From a virus (lineage: Duplodnaviria; Caudoviricetes): DNA of 64,000 bases. The stretch covers positions 11,627-75,626 of IMG/VR virus record IMGVR_UViG_2706795922_000001; one strand, written 5' to 3'. Below the pieces are notes generated by a model that worked only from the letters and a program-made list of their open reading frames with translations, ran no database searches and was not told where the DNA came from. Below, in pieces: positions 1 to 10,621 of this stretch; the first letter of the stretch is position 1, and every line of letters starts with the position of its first letter. Made by a program: the position numbers and the translations under genes.

Positions 1-3000
1 GACGAAGCGGAAGCGATGATGAACCTGGCCGAGGCTCAGGCTGAGGCGAACAATCGACTGGGCAAGTCGGCTTTTGAGCTACAGAAGGACCAGCTACGGC
101 TACGCCGGGCTGAGAACGAGCTTGCGGACACGCGTAAGACGAACGGGCGTCTGGCTCAGGACGTGGCTGAGGCCAATAAGAAGGGCATTGCGGGTAACGA
201 CGCGGTTGTTGCGGCGACGGAGCGGTTGACGGCGGCGCTTGAGGATCAGCGCCGGGGCGCGGATGCGGTGAATGAGCTTGCGGACGCGATGGCGAAGCTG
301 TCTCCGAATGCTCAGGATTTCGTCAACAAGGTCAAGGCGCTGGGCGGCGCGTGGGATGAACTACGCAACGCGGTGCAGGACCGTCTATTCGCCAATCTGG
401 GCGACGATGTAACGACCCTGGCGGGTAAGAGCCTGCCCATGCTCCAAAAGGGGCTGTCGGACGTTGCAGGGTCCCTTAACGGCAATCTGCGGACGGCGCT
501 GCGGGAGCTTGGGTCGGATCAGAACCAGGGATTCCTAGAGAACATCTTCGGCAACACGGCTGAGGCTGGGAAGGTTTTCGATCAGGCGATTAAGCCGCTC
601 CTAGATGGGATTCTGCGGCTTAGCTCGGTGGGGTCGGACTATCTGCCTCGCCTGTCGGATGCTTTCGGCGATGTGATGCGGCGGTTTGACAACTTCATCA
701 CGCGCGCGGACGAGGACGGCAGTCTAGATCGGTGGATTGATCAGGGGCTTACGTCTCTGACGGAGCTTGGTAACACGCTTCTCAATATCGCTTCGATCAT
801 GAACACGGTGTCTGAGGCGTTTACGGGCGCTGGTGGTACTTCGGTCACGAAGTGGCTTGAGGACAACACTAAGCGTCTTGCGGATTTCCTTAAGGGTCCT
901 GAGGGTCAGCAGAAGTTGCGCGACATGTTCGCTAATGCGCGCGCGGAGTTCTCCAAGTGGGAGCCGGTTCTAAAGACCATTCCTGGGATCATTAAGAACA
1001 TCGCTACGGCGGCTCAGAACTGGGCTGACATTGTGATGCCGTTCCTGACGACGGTTGCTCCGATCTTGCGGGATCATCCGGGCTTGGTTATGGCGATCTT
1101 CACGGCGTACATGTCGTGGAAAACGTTCATGCCGATCATCAAGGGCGTTAACACGCTGATTGGTACGGATACCGGCCTGGTGGGTGCGGCTAAGCGTGCT
1201 GGGCGGTCGATTGCGGCTGCGGACGGCCTGACGGGCAAGATGCGGGCGTTTGGTCAATTGATCGGTCCTGGTGGCCTGGTCATGGGTGGCCTGACTGTTC
1301 TGGCCGGGTTCCTGATCAACGATTGGGTTAACGCGCAGCAGACGGCAGCGGACGCGGTTCAGCATCACGCGGACATGGTTGACCTGCTTAAGCAGAACTT
1401 GGATTCGCTGTCTGGGTCTATGACTCAGCAGGGCTTGATCAACACGATTAACGGTTTGAGTTCGTGGACGGACCCTCGCGGTAACCGGCGCGACATTCCG
1501 ATGATCGCTAAGGACTTGGGCCTTACGGATCAGTTCACGCGGGCGGTCAATCCTACAGATCAGGCCGGGCGTAACCAGTTCTCGGGTTCGGTGCGCGAAC
1601 AGCTTCGCCAGGAGCTTGGACCGAAGCTCAAGGAAACCGTTGACTCGGTTAACCATGAGCGGGATTCGCGCGGTGGCGATTCGACGGGCACTCCGGTTCT
1701 TACGGAAGATGCGTTCCTAGACGCTCTGTTGAGTGGTCCGCAGACGCGTACGGACTTCGCCAAGAAGTATTTCATGCGCGAGACGCTGGACGATTTCATC
1801 TTCGGCAGCAAGGGCGGTCCGCTCGGTATCGGTTCTACGTCGGGTCTGTCGGATAGGGCTAAGAACCTTATCTCGCTTAACGCGGCTACTAACGAGGCAG
1901 TGGACTCGGGTCTGGTGCAGGGTGACCTTAACCGGACGTTGGGTTTGTCATTGTCGGGGCAAAAGGCTGAGTTCCAGCCGAACAGTCCGTTCTCGCAGTT
2001 GGGTTCGCCTCGCGCGTTCTACAATATTAACCGCGACGGCGGGGCTGTCATTGAGGTTGATACGCCTCCGGACAAGCTGCCACCGGACCTTAAGGAAAAG
2101 CTCGGGGACTACAACATCACGCCTCTGGCTAACGGTTCGGGGTCGCACATTGTTGTGGACCCTGAGCTTGCTAAGCAGTTCTTGGTTCCGGCGTTCGCGT
2201 CGGGCGGCATGTTCCGTGGTCCTGGTAGTGGCACGTCGGATTCGATTCTGGCGCGGGTGTCTAACGGTGAGTTCATCACTCGGGCGTCTGTGGTGGAGCG
2301 GAATCCTGAGCTATTCCATGCGTTGAATGCTGGTCTGATTGATCCGGCTATGCTGCCTGCGTTCGCGGGCGGTACGCCGTTCCCGCTGGACATTCCGGCG
2401 CTGCCGGGTGGGCCTACGGTCCCTCCGGGTTACACGGCGACGAATGGTCCGACGAACGGGTTCGTCCCGGCGATTGCGGGTGCGCCTATGGTGCCTTGGG
2501 ATCAGCTAAGCGGCGGTGGGGCACAGGTGGTTTCGGCTCCGCGTCCTCCGACGCAGTACCGGACGTTTACGCCTCCGGCTCCTAAGCCAGCGGTTAAGCC
2601 TGCGGCTCCGGCCAGCACGGCTCCGTCGAGCACTGGGACTCCGCACCTTACGGGCGCGGTTCCTGGCCCTACGCAGCACCTAACGGGTCCTAACGGGTCT
2701 CCGGTGCTGCCTGGTCCGTCTGTGGCTGGTGTGCCGGGTATCCCTGGCACGTCGAGCGGCAGCGCGGCGACGGTGGGCGATACGGGCAGCCCGCTACAGA
2801 ACATGATCAACGGTTGGAATCCGACGCTGACGCCTAGTGTGAACGATCCAATGGGCCTTGCTGGGCTTCCGGATAACTTGCAGCCTGTCTCCATCTTGGA
2901 GCAGGCCGGGGAAATCCTGCTTAGCGCGGTTCTTGGGTTCTTTGGCATTGATCCGACGTACTTCAATATCGGTAAGAAAATCTTTACGGGACTTACTGGT

Positions 3001-4776
3001 AAGAGTGGCGATAGGGATAAGCAGAATGCGGCGGTTCCGGGCGTAGACGGTCTGTTGGGGGTTAACCCTTATGACTACTACGGGATCAGTCAGCCGGGCA
3101 CGGCTCAGCTTGTGCCTAACGCTAATAGCACTGACTACCTGGGCAGCATGTCGTCTGTGGCCTCGCAGTTTGGGCTTAGCCTGACTTCGGGAATGCGCGA
3201 TGAGGCCGGTTCGCTTCACAGCACCGGGACGGCGGGCGATTTCTCTAACGGCAGTGGTAACACGCCGGAAATGGAAAAGTTCGCCAACTTCATGGCTGAT
3301 AACTATGCGCCGTACATCACGGAGCTTATCTATGACTCGCCTACGTTCAATAAGACCATCAAGGATGGCAAGATCGTGGGCAAGTTCGGTGAGTTCTACA
3401 CGATGGCGCAGGCCGGTAACCACCAGAACCACGTTCACCTAGCGGTGGACATGCCTCCTATGCTGGCGCAACAGGCTTTCAACCAGTACCAGCAGCAGGC
3501 GGGCGTGGGCGGTGTGGCGGCTCCGGTCGGCGGCGGCGCGGCGGCTTGGCGTCCTAACGTGCAGCAGGCAGTGGCTAACGTCGCTGCTCAGTACGGGATC
3601 ACTAACCAGGCTGCGGTTGTTGAGGACATTCTGGGGCAGATCGACTTTGAGTCTAAGGGTGACGCGGGAGCGCTTAACCCGAATGACTCGGACGGTCTAC
3701 CGGCTATCGGGCTGGGGCAGTTCAAGCAGGGCACGTTCAACGCTCACAACATTACTGGCGGCAGCATCAACGATGGTAACGCTCAGATTTACGCGATGAT
3801 CGACTACTTGGCTTCGGGCAAGTACGGGATTATTCCGGGTGGCGGCGTTAACTGGAAGGGTGTTGGTTGGCGTAATGGGATGGGTTATGCGAATGGCGGT
3901 CTGCTAAGGGGTCCTGGGAACGGCACTTCGGATTCGATTCTGGCGCGCGTTAGCAATGGCGAGTTCATTACTAAGGCGTCGGTGGTTTCTCGTAATCCGG
4001 CTCTGTTCTCGGCGTTCAATTCGGGCGCGCTGGACCCGGCTATGTTCCCTGGTTTCGCGGACGGTACTCCGGTGCCGTTGCAGATCGCGGGTATGCAGCC
4101 GCAGACGCCTCAGCAGGCGGGTCCTCTGCCTCCACCAGCGGCTCCTATGGCGGGTCCTCCGGGACCTGACCCTCAGGCTCCGCAGAGCCAGCCGGGGCAG
4201 CCTCCGGTAACGGATACGGCGGCTCAGGCGCTCGGTGGTATCAGCCTTGGCGGTACTAGTGCGGCAGATGGCGCTCAGCCGGGCGCTGAGGGACCGGAAG
4301 GGGCTAACCCGGAGATTGACCCACGGTCGATTCTCGGTGCGGCTCCGGCGAACACGGACCACAACAATCCTGCTTTGTCTAAGGGCATTCAGGGTGCGTT
4401 TAGCACGGTGGGTTCGATTGCGTCTATGGCGGCGTCGGCAGCTTTGTCGGCGGGCACGATGGGCGCGGGCGCGGCTGCGGCTGGGCCTGCATCGTCTGGT
4501 ATTCAGGCGGGCGCTCAGATGGCCGGTCAGGTCGCTACGGGTGCTCTCAATATCCTGTCGAGCTTGCTTGTTGGTACGGCTCCTGGTCAGACGGGCACGA
4601 CGCAGAACGCGTACGGCGCTCCTGTGCTGCCTCAGGGTCCTCCGCAGAGTCAGCCACGCGGACCGGCTGTGGTGAACAACTACGGCGATATCCATACGGC
4701 TAACTACGAAGAGTTCCATAGGGGACAGCAGCGTAGGGAGGCGCAGACGCAGGCACCATTCCTGCCGATGCGATAA
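1..4776 (+). CDS. tape measure protein (5' truncated by window edge)
   Basis: Ala/Gly-rich ORF of >1586 aa upstream of minor tail genes; helical N-part; two FA(S/N)GG..GPG.GTSDSILARVSNGEFI repeats; transglycosylase-like FESKGD..GLGQF segment. Confidence 0.93.
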   Translation, partial: DEAEAMMNLAEAQAEANNRLGKSAFELQKDQLRLRRAENELADTRKTNGRLAQDVAEANKKGIAGNDAVVAATERLTAALEDQRRGADAVNELADAMAKLSPNAQDFVNKVKALGGAWDELRNAVQDRLFANLGDDVTTLAGKSLPMLQKGLSDVAGSLNGNLRTALRELGSDQNQGFLENIFGNTAEAGKVFDQAIKPLLDGILRLSSVGSDYLPRLSDAFGDVMRRFDNFITRADEDGSLDRWIDQGLTSLTELGNTLLNIASIMNTVSEAFTGAGGTSVTKWLEDNTKRLADFLKGPEGQQKLRDMFANARAEFSKWEPVLKTIPGIIKNIATAAQNWADIVMPFLTTVAPILRDHPGLVMAIFTAYMSWKTFMPIIKGVNTLIGTDTGLVGAAKRAGRSIAAADGLTGKMRAFGQLIGPGGLVMGGLTVLAGFLINDWVNAQQTAADAVQHHADMVDLLKQNLDSLSGSMTQQGLINTINGLSSWTDPRGNRRDIPMIAKDLGLTDQFTRAVNPTDQAGRNQFSGSVREQLRQELGPKLKETVDSVNHERDSRGGDSTGTPVLTEDAFLDALLSGPQTRTDFAKKYFMRETLDDFIFGSKGGPLGIGSTSGLSDRAKNLISLNAATNEAVDSGLVQGDLNRTLGLSLSGQKAEFQPNSPFSQLGSPRAFYNINRDGGAVIEVDTPPDKLPPDLKEKLGDYNITPLANGSGSHIVVDPELAKQFLVPAFASGGMFRGPGSGTSDSILARVSNGEFITRASVVERNPELFHALNAGLIDPAMLPAFAGGTPFPLDIPALPGGPTVPPGYTATNGPTNGFVPAIAGAPMVPWDQLSGGGAQVVSAPRPPTQYRTFTPPAPKPAVKPAAPASTAPSSTGTPHLTGAVPGPTQHLTGPNGSPVLPGPSVAGVPGIPGTSSGSAATVGDTGSPLQNMINGWNPTLTPSVNDPMGLAGLPDNLQPVSILEQAGEILLSAVLGFFGIDPTYFNIGKKIFTGLTGKSGDRDKQNAAVPGVDGLLGVNPYDYYGISQPGTAQLVPNANSTDYLGSMSSVASQFGLSLTSGMRDEAGSLHSTGTAGDFSNGSGNTPEMEKFANFMADNYAPYITELIYDSPTFNKTIKDGKIVGKFGEFYTMAQAGNHQNHVHLAVDMPPMLAQQAFNQYQQQAGVGGVAAPVGGGAAAWRPNVQQAVANVAAQYGITNQAAVVEDILGQIDFESKGDAGALNPNDSDGLPAIGLGQFKQGTFNAHNITGGSINDGNAQIYAMIDYLASGKYGIIPGGGVNWKGVGWRNGMGYANGGLLRGPGNGTSDSILARVSNGEFITKASVVSRNPALFSAFNSGALDPAMFPGFADGTPVPLQIAGMQPQTPQQAGPLPPPAAPMAGPPGPDPQAPQSQPGQPPVTDTAAQALGGISLGGTSAADGAQPGAEGPEGANPEIDPRSILGAAPANTDHNNPALSKGIQGAFSTVGSIASMAASAALSAGTMGAGAAAAGPASSGIQAGAQMAGQVATGALNILSSLLVGTAPGQTGTTQNAYGAPVLPQGPPQSQPRGPAVVNNYGDIHTANYEEFHRGQQRREAQTQAPFLPMR

Positions 4777-4796
4777 CTAAATACGGAAACGCGGTT

Positions 4797-4842
4797 AGGC
4801 CGCTCGGTTAGGGGTTCTACTCCCTTGGCCGGGCGGCCTTTC
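4797..4842 (+). terminator. GC-rich hairpin after tape measure gene
   Basis: AGGCCGCTCGGTTAGGG / CCCTTGGCCGGGCGGCCT inverted repeat followed by a short T run. Confidence 0.55.
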
Positions 4843-4864
4843 CCGTTAGAAAGACAACTGAATA

Positions 4865-5755
4865 GTGACCGATTTTCTCAAGATTGAATTGAAGGGTCGG
4901 GACGGTTCGCTTTGGAATCTATCGGGTCCCGGCATGGGCGCGCAGGGTGTGACGCTTTCGCCTGGTGCGTTGGAGAACTTCTACGACGCTCCGGTTAAGA
5001 CGCTTTACGTCCCTGGTCCGTTCGGTGAGGAATACGCCGGTAAGCGCGCTCAGCGCCGCGAGATTGTGTTTACGGTCCAGGCGTTCGACGGCGAGGCCGA
5101 AACGTGGTCAACCATCGACTCTAAGTGGCGGTGGGCGTGGGATTACGACGAGGAATCTGAGCTAAGGGTTACGACGGCTGACGGTACTCGGTACCTAAGG
5201 GTGCGCCTGATGGAAGCGCCTAAGCCTTACTACGAGAAGGACCCGCATATCACTGCGGATAACCCAATCGTGATGACTGTGACCGCTACGTTCCCTTATT
5301 GGCGGGAAACCGCTAAGGAATACAAGTGGTCAACCCTGCAAACGCAGGACATGACGACTTTTGACATTTTCAACTACGGCGATGTGCCGATCTTTTTGCG
5401 GTGGTTCGTTACCGCTCCTGGTCTGTGGATTCTCCCGGACTTCTCTTGGGGCAACGACATGTACTCGCGTGGCCTTGAGGATCAGGGCCGCACCATTCCT
5501 CTGCCTGAACTGGTGGAGAACGAGCACTGTTCGGTGGATTCGGACCCTCGCGTTCAGACGATCATTGCGGTTAACGGCTCCCCGGTGCAGCACCGCTGGA
5601 AGGGCAACGACCTGCTTTACCCGCTGATGCCGGGTAAGGGCGGGAAGGTCCCGGTTCGGCTTAAGAATGCTCCGCAGGGTGGCGCTATCAAGCTGACGCA
5701 GGAGCGTTGGCATTCGCGGCCTTGGTCGCGGCCAGGGGTGTTGCCGAATGGCTAA
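4865..5755 (+). CDS. minor tail protein (distal tail-like)
   Basis: 296 aa, first gene after tape measure; typical size and position in mycobacteriophages. Confidence 0.85.
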   Translation: MTDFLKIELKGRDGSLWNLSGPGMGAQGVTLSPGALENFYDAPVKTLYVPGPFGEEYAGKRAQRREIVFTVQAFDGEAETWSTIDSKWRWAWDYDEESELRVTTADGTRYLRVRLMEAPKPYYEKDPHITADNPIVMTVTATFPYWRETAKEYKWSTLQTQDMTTFDIFNYGDVPIFLRWFVTAPGLWILPDFSWGNDMYSRGLEDQGRTIPLPELVENEHCSVDSDPRVQTIIAVNGSPVQHRWKGNDLLYPLMPGKGGKVPVRLKNAPQGGAIKLTQERWHSRPWSRPGVLPNG

Positions 5756-7511
5756 TACCGACTGGCAGAGCATCTTGGCGGCGGCTGACGGTGACGAGTG
5801 GGCGGCGTTTAGCTCGCTTGAGGATCAGGCGCAGCAGGTGCGGGATCAGCACGCGGGTATCCGGCGCGCTAAGCCTCTGATCAGGTTGTGGATGAACAAC
5901 CCGGACGGTGATGCGGGCCTGGTCTACGTGGGGCGCGTCGATTACGACGACACCATTAACGGCAGCTTCCCGTTTAAGAACAACACGCCGTCTCAGGGCA
6001 TTTTGAACCTTCGGGATGATCACTACTTGGCGGTGTGGCTTAAGCGGCTGCCTAACGATCCGGCGCTTAAGAAGAACGTCGTTATTACGGTGGACTTCTA
6101 CGGCGGTAAGAAGCGGTGGAGTGGGCTTCTAGATCACTGGAAGATTGTCACTAAGGAACACGTTAAGCAGCTTGAGGTTACGTTTAACGACGACCTGACG
6201 TTCTTGCAGTACCTTTTGTGTCCTCCTAACCCGTTCTTACCAATCCCGGTCCTGCAATTTCCGCGCATTTTCGGGCTGGCTGGCCCGGCAAAATGGACGA
6301 TTAGCGTCCTAATCCTTATCAACCTAATGCGTGTTCAGGGGAACTGGTGGAATCTGCCGGATGACCCCTTTGACCTTGAGTCGTGGGACGACGCGTTTGA
6401 CTGGTCGGATTGGCAGTGCTTCGTTAAGGCCAATTCGTTCCTGCTAGACGATTCGTCGCTGTGGACTTTCGTGTCCTCGCGTATGAATCCGATTGACTCG
6501 GTTATTGCCGATTCGTTGGACGACGCGCAGCTTACGATTACGTACCGGCGCATCCTGACGGATGACGGCGAGGTTAGCGATATTCCGGGTGTTCCTAACC
6601 CAAAGAATGGCGCTCTCGTCTTTGAGGTTGTCGATAACTCTAACGCTACGGCGCTTGAGGGGACCTTCTTTGAGGGGACCATCGTTGACGGCTTCGCGCG
6701 GTCGGTGCTGGTGTACGGCGGCGGCTTTGTTGAGGACACGCTGAGCACGGTTGGCGATGACCAGACGTTGCAGCCTGACGAGTATTACCAGTCGGGATTC
6801 CTGGCGACTATGGCGAAGATGCCTTGGCTGGTGGTCCGAGATAACGAGTGGACGCCTATTGAGTCGTCCGATCTAAGTTGGGGACCGGCTAAGAACGTTA
6901 GCGTTGTGGTCGGTGGCGATAACCCGGCTGCGGACGCTATCGCTAAGCTGATCATCACCACAACTGGAAACCTGTTGGGTTATTTCTTGCTCGGCGGTTT
7001 CTCGTCTGCGGGCGATATCGCAGCGGACATAATCATGCCGTTTATCGTCGGCACGATTGCGGCGTGGCTGTACTGGAAGAACACCGGTCGAGCTACGCAG
7101 TTGGGATGGGTCCACTACTGGGAGCTTTACCAGCAGGGCGCGGAGTCTAACTCCTGGTCGCTAGCGGCCCTTGCGGCTTTGCGTGGCGGGTTCCTGGTTG
7201 GGCGTGCGGAGACCGTTCACACGATGGCTCTGCATGACTCTTGGATCATTCCGGGTCTGCATATCGACATTGGTCAGCGCATGGGATCGACGGTCAACTC
7301 TAAGGGCGTCGAGCAGATCATCTGGGTTAACCAGCTTGAGGAAATGACGGCGGCTTGGGATCACTCGGGCGGCGGCGAAATGCCGCTTAGCTGGGTGCTT
7401 AAGGCCGGTAAGTCTGATCGCGCTATGAGCATGGGCGAGCGTATGGCTCGTTTGACGAAAAAGATGAGTGAAGCTCTCAACAACGTTGGTGTCCAACTGG
7501 TTGCGAGCTAA
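5748..7511 (+). CDS. minor tail protein (baseplate hub-like)
   Basis: 587 aa, overlaps previous gene; PPNPFLPIPVLQFPR motif typical of mycobacteriophage minor tail proteins. Confidence 0.85.
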   Translation: MANTDWQSILAAADGDEWAAFSSLEDQAQQVRDQHAGIRRAKPLIRLWMNNPDGDAGLVYVGRVDYDDTINGSFPFKNNTPSQGILNLRDDHYLAVWLKRLPNDPALKKNVVITVDFYGGKKRWSGLLDHWKIVTKEHVKQLEVTFNDDLTFLQYLLCPPNPFLPIPVLQFPRIFGLAGPAKWTISVLILINLMRVQGNWWNLPDDPFDLESWDDAFDWSDWQCFVKANSFLLDDSSLWTFVSSRMNPIDSVIADSLDDAQLTITYRRILTDDGEVSDIPGVPNPKNGALVFEVVDNSNATALEGTFFEGTIVDGFARSVLVYGGGFVEDTLSTVGDDQTLQPDEYYQSGFLATMAKMPWLVVRDNEWTPIESSDLSWGPAKNVSVVVGGDNPAADAIAKLIITTTGNLLGYFLLGGFSSAGDIAADIIMPFIVGTIAAWLYWKNTGRATQLGWVHYWELYQQGAESNSWSLAALAALRGGFLVGRAETVHTMALHDSWIIPGLHIDIGQRMGSTVNSKGVEQIIWVNQLEEMTAAWDHSGGGEMPLSWVLKAGKSDRAMSMGERMARLTKKMSEALNNVGVQLVAS

Positions 7512-7649
7512 GGGATAAACACCCGCGTACCTACTGACGTGGGCAGCCCATATAAGTGCTGCCGTAAATCGAGTCCGGGTTATCAGCCACGCCGAGGGGC
7601 GTAAAGGCGTGGCACCAAACTTTAGGAACCTTAGGGAGGTTTAGGGGAA

Positions 7650-8099
7650 ATGGCTAAAACGCAAGCGGAGTCCAATCTGGACGATCCGAAAGAAATGTTC
7701 GCGTGGATGTTCGCGGCGGGTGTGCCTGACCCAAGGGATACGGACGGCAAGTTTCCTAACCAGCCGCTTATCCCGCCGATGTGTTTCCCGGTGCTAAGCG
7801 AAATGCTTTACAAGATGGGCGCGCGGTTCCACCCGGAATTGCAGACGGTGTGGGTTAAGCCGGGCGTGGGTCCGGAGCGGAATTTCCAGGCTAACGGCAC
7901 GACGGACATTAAGCCTGAGGACATTGAGGGCGACGTGGCCGAAATGCTGGCCGATCAGTTCCCGGAAATCGCGCAGAAGATTCGGGAAGTTACTCCGGCT
8001 ACTCACCAGGCCGCGCTTGAGCAGACCTCTAAGGAACTGCTCGCCAACCTGGCTGAGCTTAAGAAGGCGCGCGCGCAAATGGAGGGAGGTAGCGCCTAA
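7650..8099 (+). CDS. minor tail-region protein (DUF2744-like)
   Basis: 149 aa; DDPKEMFAW...SEMLYKMGARFHPE pattern; position in tail cassette. Confidence 0.7.
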   Translation: MAKTQAESNLDDPKEMFAWMFAAGVPDPRDTDGKFPNQPLIPPMCFPVLSEMLYKMGARFHPELQTVWVKPGVGPERNFQANGTTDIKPEDIEGDVAEMLADQFPEIAQKIREVTPATHQAALEQTSKELLANLAELKKARAQMEGGSA

Positions 8100-10612
8100 T
8101 GGGTGCCAACCTACCTAATGGGCAGGCGGGGCTTGATCCCGGCGCGTGGCTCGCGCATTGGATGCTTACCAACGACCTGTCGAAGCTGGCTAACCGCACT
8201 GAGGATGAGGTACGGGAGTATTTCGCTGCTCAGGTGCAGGGCGATAGCGGGTGGAACGACGCTTCGGCTACGTTCTTTCAACTGATCCTTGGCGGCTTCC
8301 AGAACCTTGGCGAGTTTGCGTCTTTGATCGTGCAGGCCGTTACGGGGGAGCCGGGCGCGCTAACGGACCTACAGGCGTTCCTTAGCGAGCGCTGGGCCGA
8401 CTTGGCGGCGGCGTTCGGCGCTATTGGCGATCTTATCGACGGCATTGCGGGTGAGGCTGGCGCTTCGCTGGCTGATGCGATTGCGAAGTTGGCGACGTAC
8501 CTCACGGAGGCGTCTCCGCTTAACGCTCTTAACCTGTTCGGCCAGATCAATCCGGGCAACCTGGGGCAGGTCGCGCTAGGCGCTATCGGCAATGTGTCTC
8601 CGGAGTTGCTTGATAACGGCGGCATGAACAGTGCCATTTCCGTTAAGAACAACCCGGACTTTGTGTGGGACGGCACGGTCGGCCACTCCAATGTGGGGTC
8701 GGCTAAGACGACTGCTGACGGGTCCATTAAGACGCTGCGGTCCAACACGGTGGGTGTCACGCAGAACGAGGAACTGGCCGTGTCGGTGTGGGCCAAGTAC
8801 GCGGGTGTCACGGCGACGGCGGGCCAGAACGGTATCCGCTTGTCGGTGTCTGCGTACGCCGATACGACCGGTGATGGCGTCCTGTCGCTCGTCAGCACGA
8901 CGCTGATTGAGGGCATTGCCTCTCCAACGGGCGATGCGACCGGCTGGACGGAACTCTCAGGCACTTACACGGTCCCGGCAGGGGTTGACTACGTGGTGGC
9001 CGAATTGACCGTCACAAGCGCTGTGAGCGCCGGATCGGTCTGGTTCGATGACGCGTCCCTGAAAAAGAACCCTAACTTCCGCATGGAATGGGTGAGCGGC
9101 CTGGTGGCGCGGTTCAGCCAAGTTACCGCTGAGCTTGAGGACGCCATTAGTCAGGTGTTGCACCTTGAAGAGTGGCAGGACTTTCTAGATCAGGTTAAGG
9201 GCGGCGTTGGTGGCACCATTGAGGACCTGCTTAGCCGGATTCAGTGGCTTACTGGCGGCGGGCTGTTCGATGCGTCGAAGCTAACGAACGCCAACAACGT
9301 CGTTGAGCTTCCGGGAACGAAGGTGACCGGTATCGCGTCGAACATCGTTGAGGACTTCCAGCAGAACATTGACGCGCTGGTGAACCGGCTGTTCGGCAGC
9401 AATAACTCTAACCAGACGCTAGCGGACGCTAACGAGGCGCTTAAGTCGCTCAAAGAGACGGTCATGGGCCTGTCGCAGGACGTGCAGGATTTGAAGATTC
9501 AGACGACCGGCAATAACAACTCCGGCAAGAACTACCGGGTTGACTTCACTAAGTTGCCGCCGTCGTCGGACTTCTCTACGGCACCGTTCGATCTGACGTA
9601 CCTGAATAGCACCGGCCATCTGCGGATTAACAATCAGGCTGAGTGGGTTGAGGGCAGCGGCGCGGACAACTACGTGCTTGCTCGCTATACGGGCGGCGTG
9701 ACGGATACCGATTACCAGTTGATTCAGGCGACGGTGGCCGGGCCTCCGGAAGTGGGCGCGTCTAACTGGGCGTGCGCGCGCATGAGTGCCGATAAGCAGA
9801 ACTTCATTTACGCGAAGGGCTACCGGGCGGGCGCGTTCGGCCTGGGCTTCTACGCGGAGATTGGCTGCTATGTGGGCGGTGTTCCGCACGTCTTTCTGAC
9901 GAATATTCCGGCGACGTACAACTACAACCTGTCGGTCCGTGTGGGTATCTCGGGTAACCCTTACCGGTTCCAGGTGCTTTCCGGGTCTAAGGTCGTGGCC
10001 GACTACACGGACACGACGCACGTTAGCCAGATGGGCGCTAACTATCGCGGCTGGGGATTCCTGTCTATGACGGGTAACTCCGGTTCAGCGTCTCCGGCTC
10101 CGGCTGCCTTTGTGGGCTGTTCGGATAACGCTCCGGTGGCCGTGGTTGGCACGACGATGCGCGCTTACCGGTCGGTGACTACTACGGTCACACCGTCTAC
10201 GGGTGATGTACTGCTGCCTGCTAACACGTTCGATGTTGTCGATTACAAGAGCGACGATCTGTTGTGGAATCCGGCTACTAACGCGGTGACGATCACTAAA
10301 GACGGCACTTACCTCTGCACGATGCGGTTGGAATACAACAACATCGCTGGCATGGGTGCTACGGACTGGCATTCGATCTGGTTCGTTAACGGTGTCACTA
10401 AGGCGATTGGTAAGCCAACTAAGTCTGTGTTGGTTAACGGCTTCGGTGTTCCGGCGACTTCGGCTGACTCGGGCATTGGCGGCGATCCGTTTGTCTATTA
10501 CCTGAAAGCGGGCGACGTGCTGCAAATGGGCATGGGTTCGACGGGTTCGACGGACATTAAGGGTGACAGCACCGGTAAGTACACGCACTTCACCATTGCC
10601 AAGATCGCTTAA
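8099..10612 (+). CDS. minor tail protein with carbohydrate-binding-like domain
   Basis: 837 aa; WTELSGTYTVP...VWFDDASL beta-sandwich-like segment; TAATG coupling to upstream gene. Confidence 0.8.
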   Translation: MGANLPNGQAGLDPGAWLAHWMLTNDLSKLANRTEDEVREYFAAQVQGDSGWNDASATFFQLILGGFQNLGEFASLIVQAVTGEPGALTDLQAFLSERWADLAAAFGAIGDLIDGIAGEAGASLADAIAKLATYLTEASPLNALNLFGQINPGNLGQVALGAIGNVSPELLDNGGMNSAISVKNNPDFVWDGTVGHSNVGSAKTTADGSIKTLRSNTVGVTQNEELAVSVWAKYAGVTATAGQNGIRLSVSAYADTTGDGVLSLVSTTLIEGIASPTGDATGWTELSGTYTVPAGVDYVVAELTVTSAVSAGSVWFDDASLKKNPNFRMEWVSGLVARFSQVTAELEDAISQVLHLEEWQDFLDQVKGGVGGTIEDLLSRIQWLTGGGLFDASKLTNANNVVELPGTKVTGIASNIVEDFQQNIDALVNRLFGSNNSNQTLADANEALKSLKETVMGLSQDVQDLKIQTTGNNNSGKNYRVDFTKLPPSSDFSTAPFDLTYLNSTGHLRINNQAEWVEGSGADNYVLARYTGGVTDTDYQLIQATVAGPPEVGASNWACARMSADKQNFIYAKGYRAGAFGLGFYAEIGCYVGGVPHVFLTNIPATYNYNLSVRVGISGNPYRFQVLSGSKVVADYTDTTHVSQMGANYRGWGFLSMTGNSGSASPAPAAFVGCSDNAPVAVVGTTMRAYRSVTTTVTPSTGDVLLPANTFDVVDYKSDDLLWNPATNAVTITKDGTYLCTMRLEYNNIAGMGATDWHSIWFVNGVTKAIGKPTKSVLVNGFGVPATSADSGIGGDPFVYYLKAGDVLQMGMGSTGSTDIKGDSTGKYTHFTIAKIA

Positions 10613-10621
10613 GGGGGGCTT

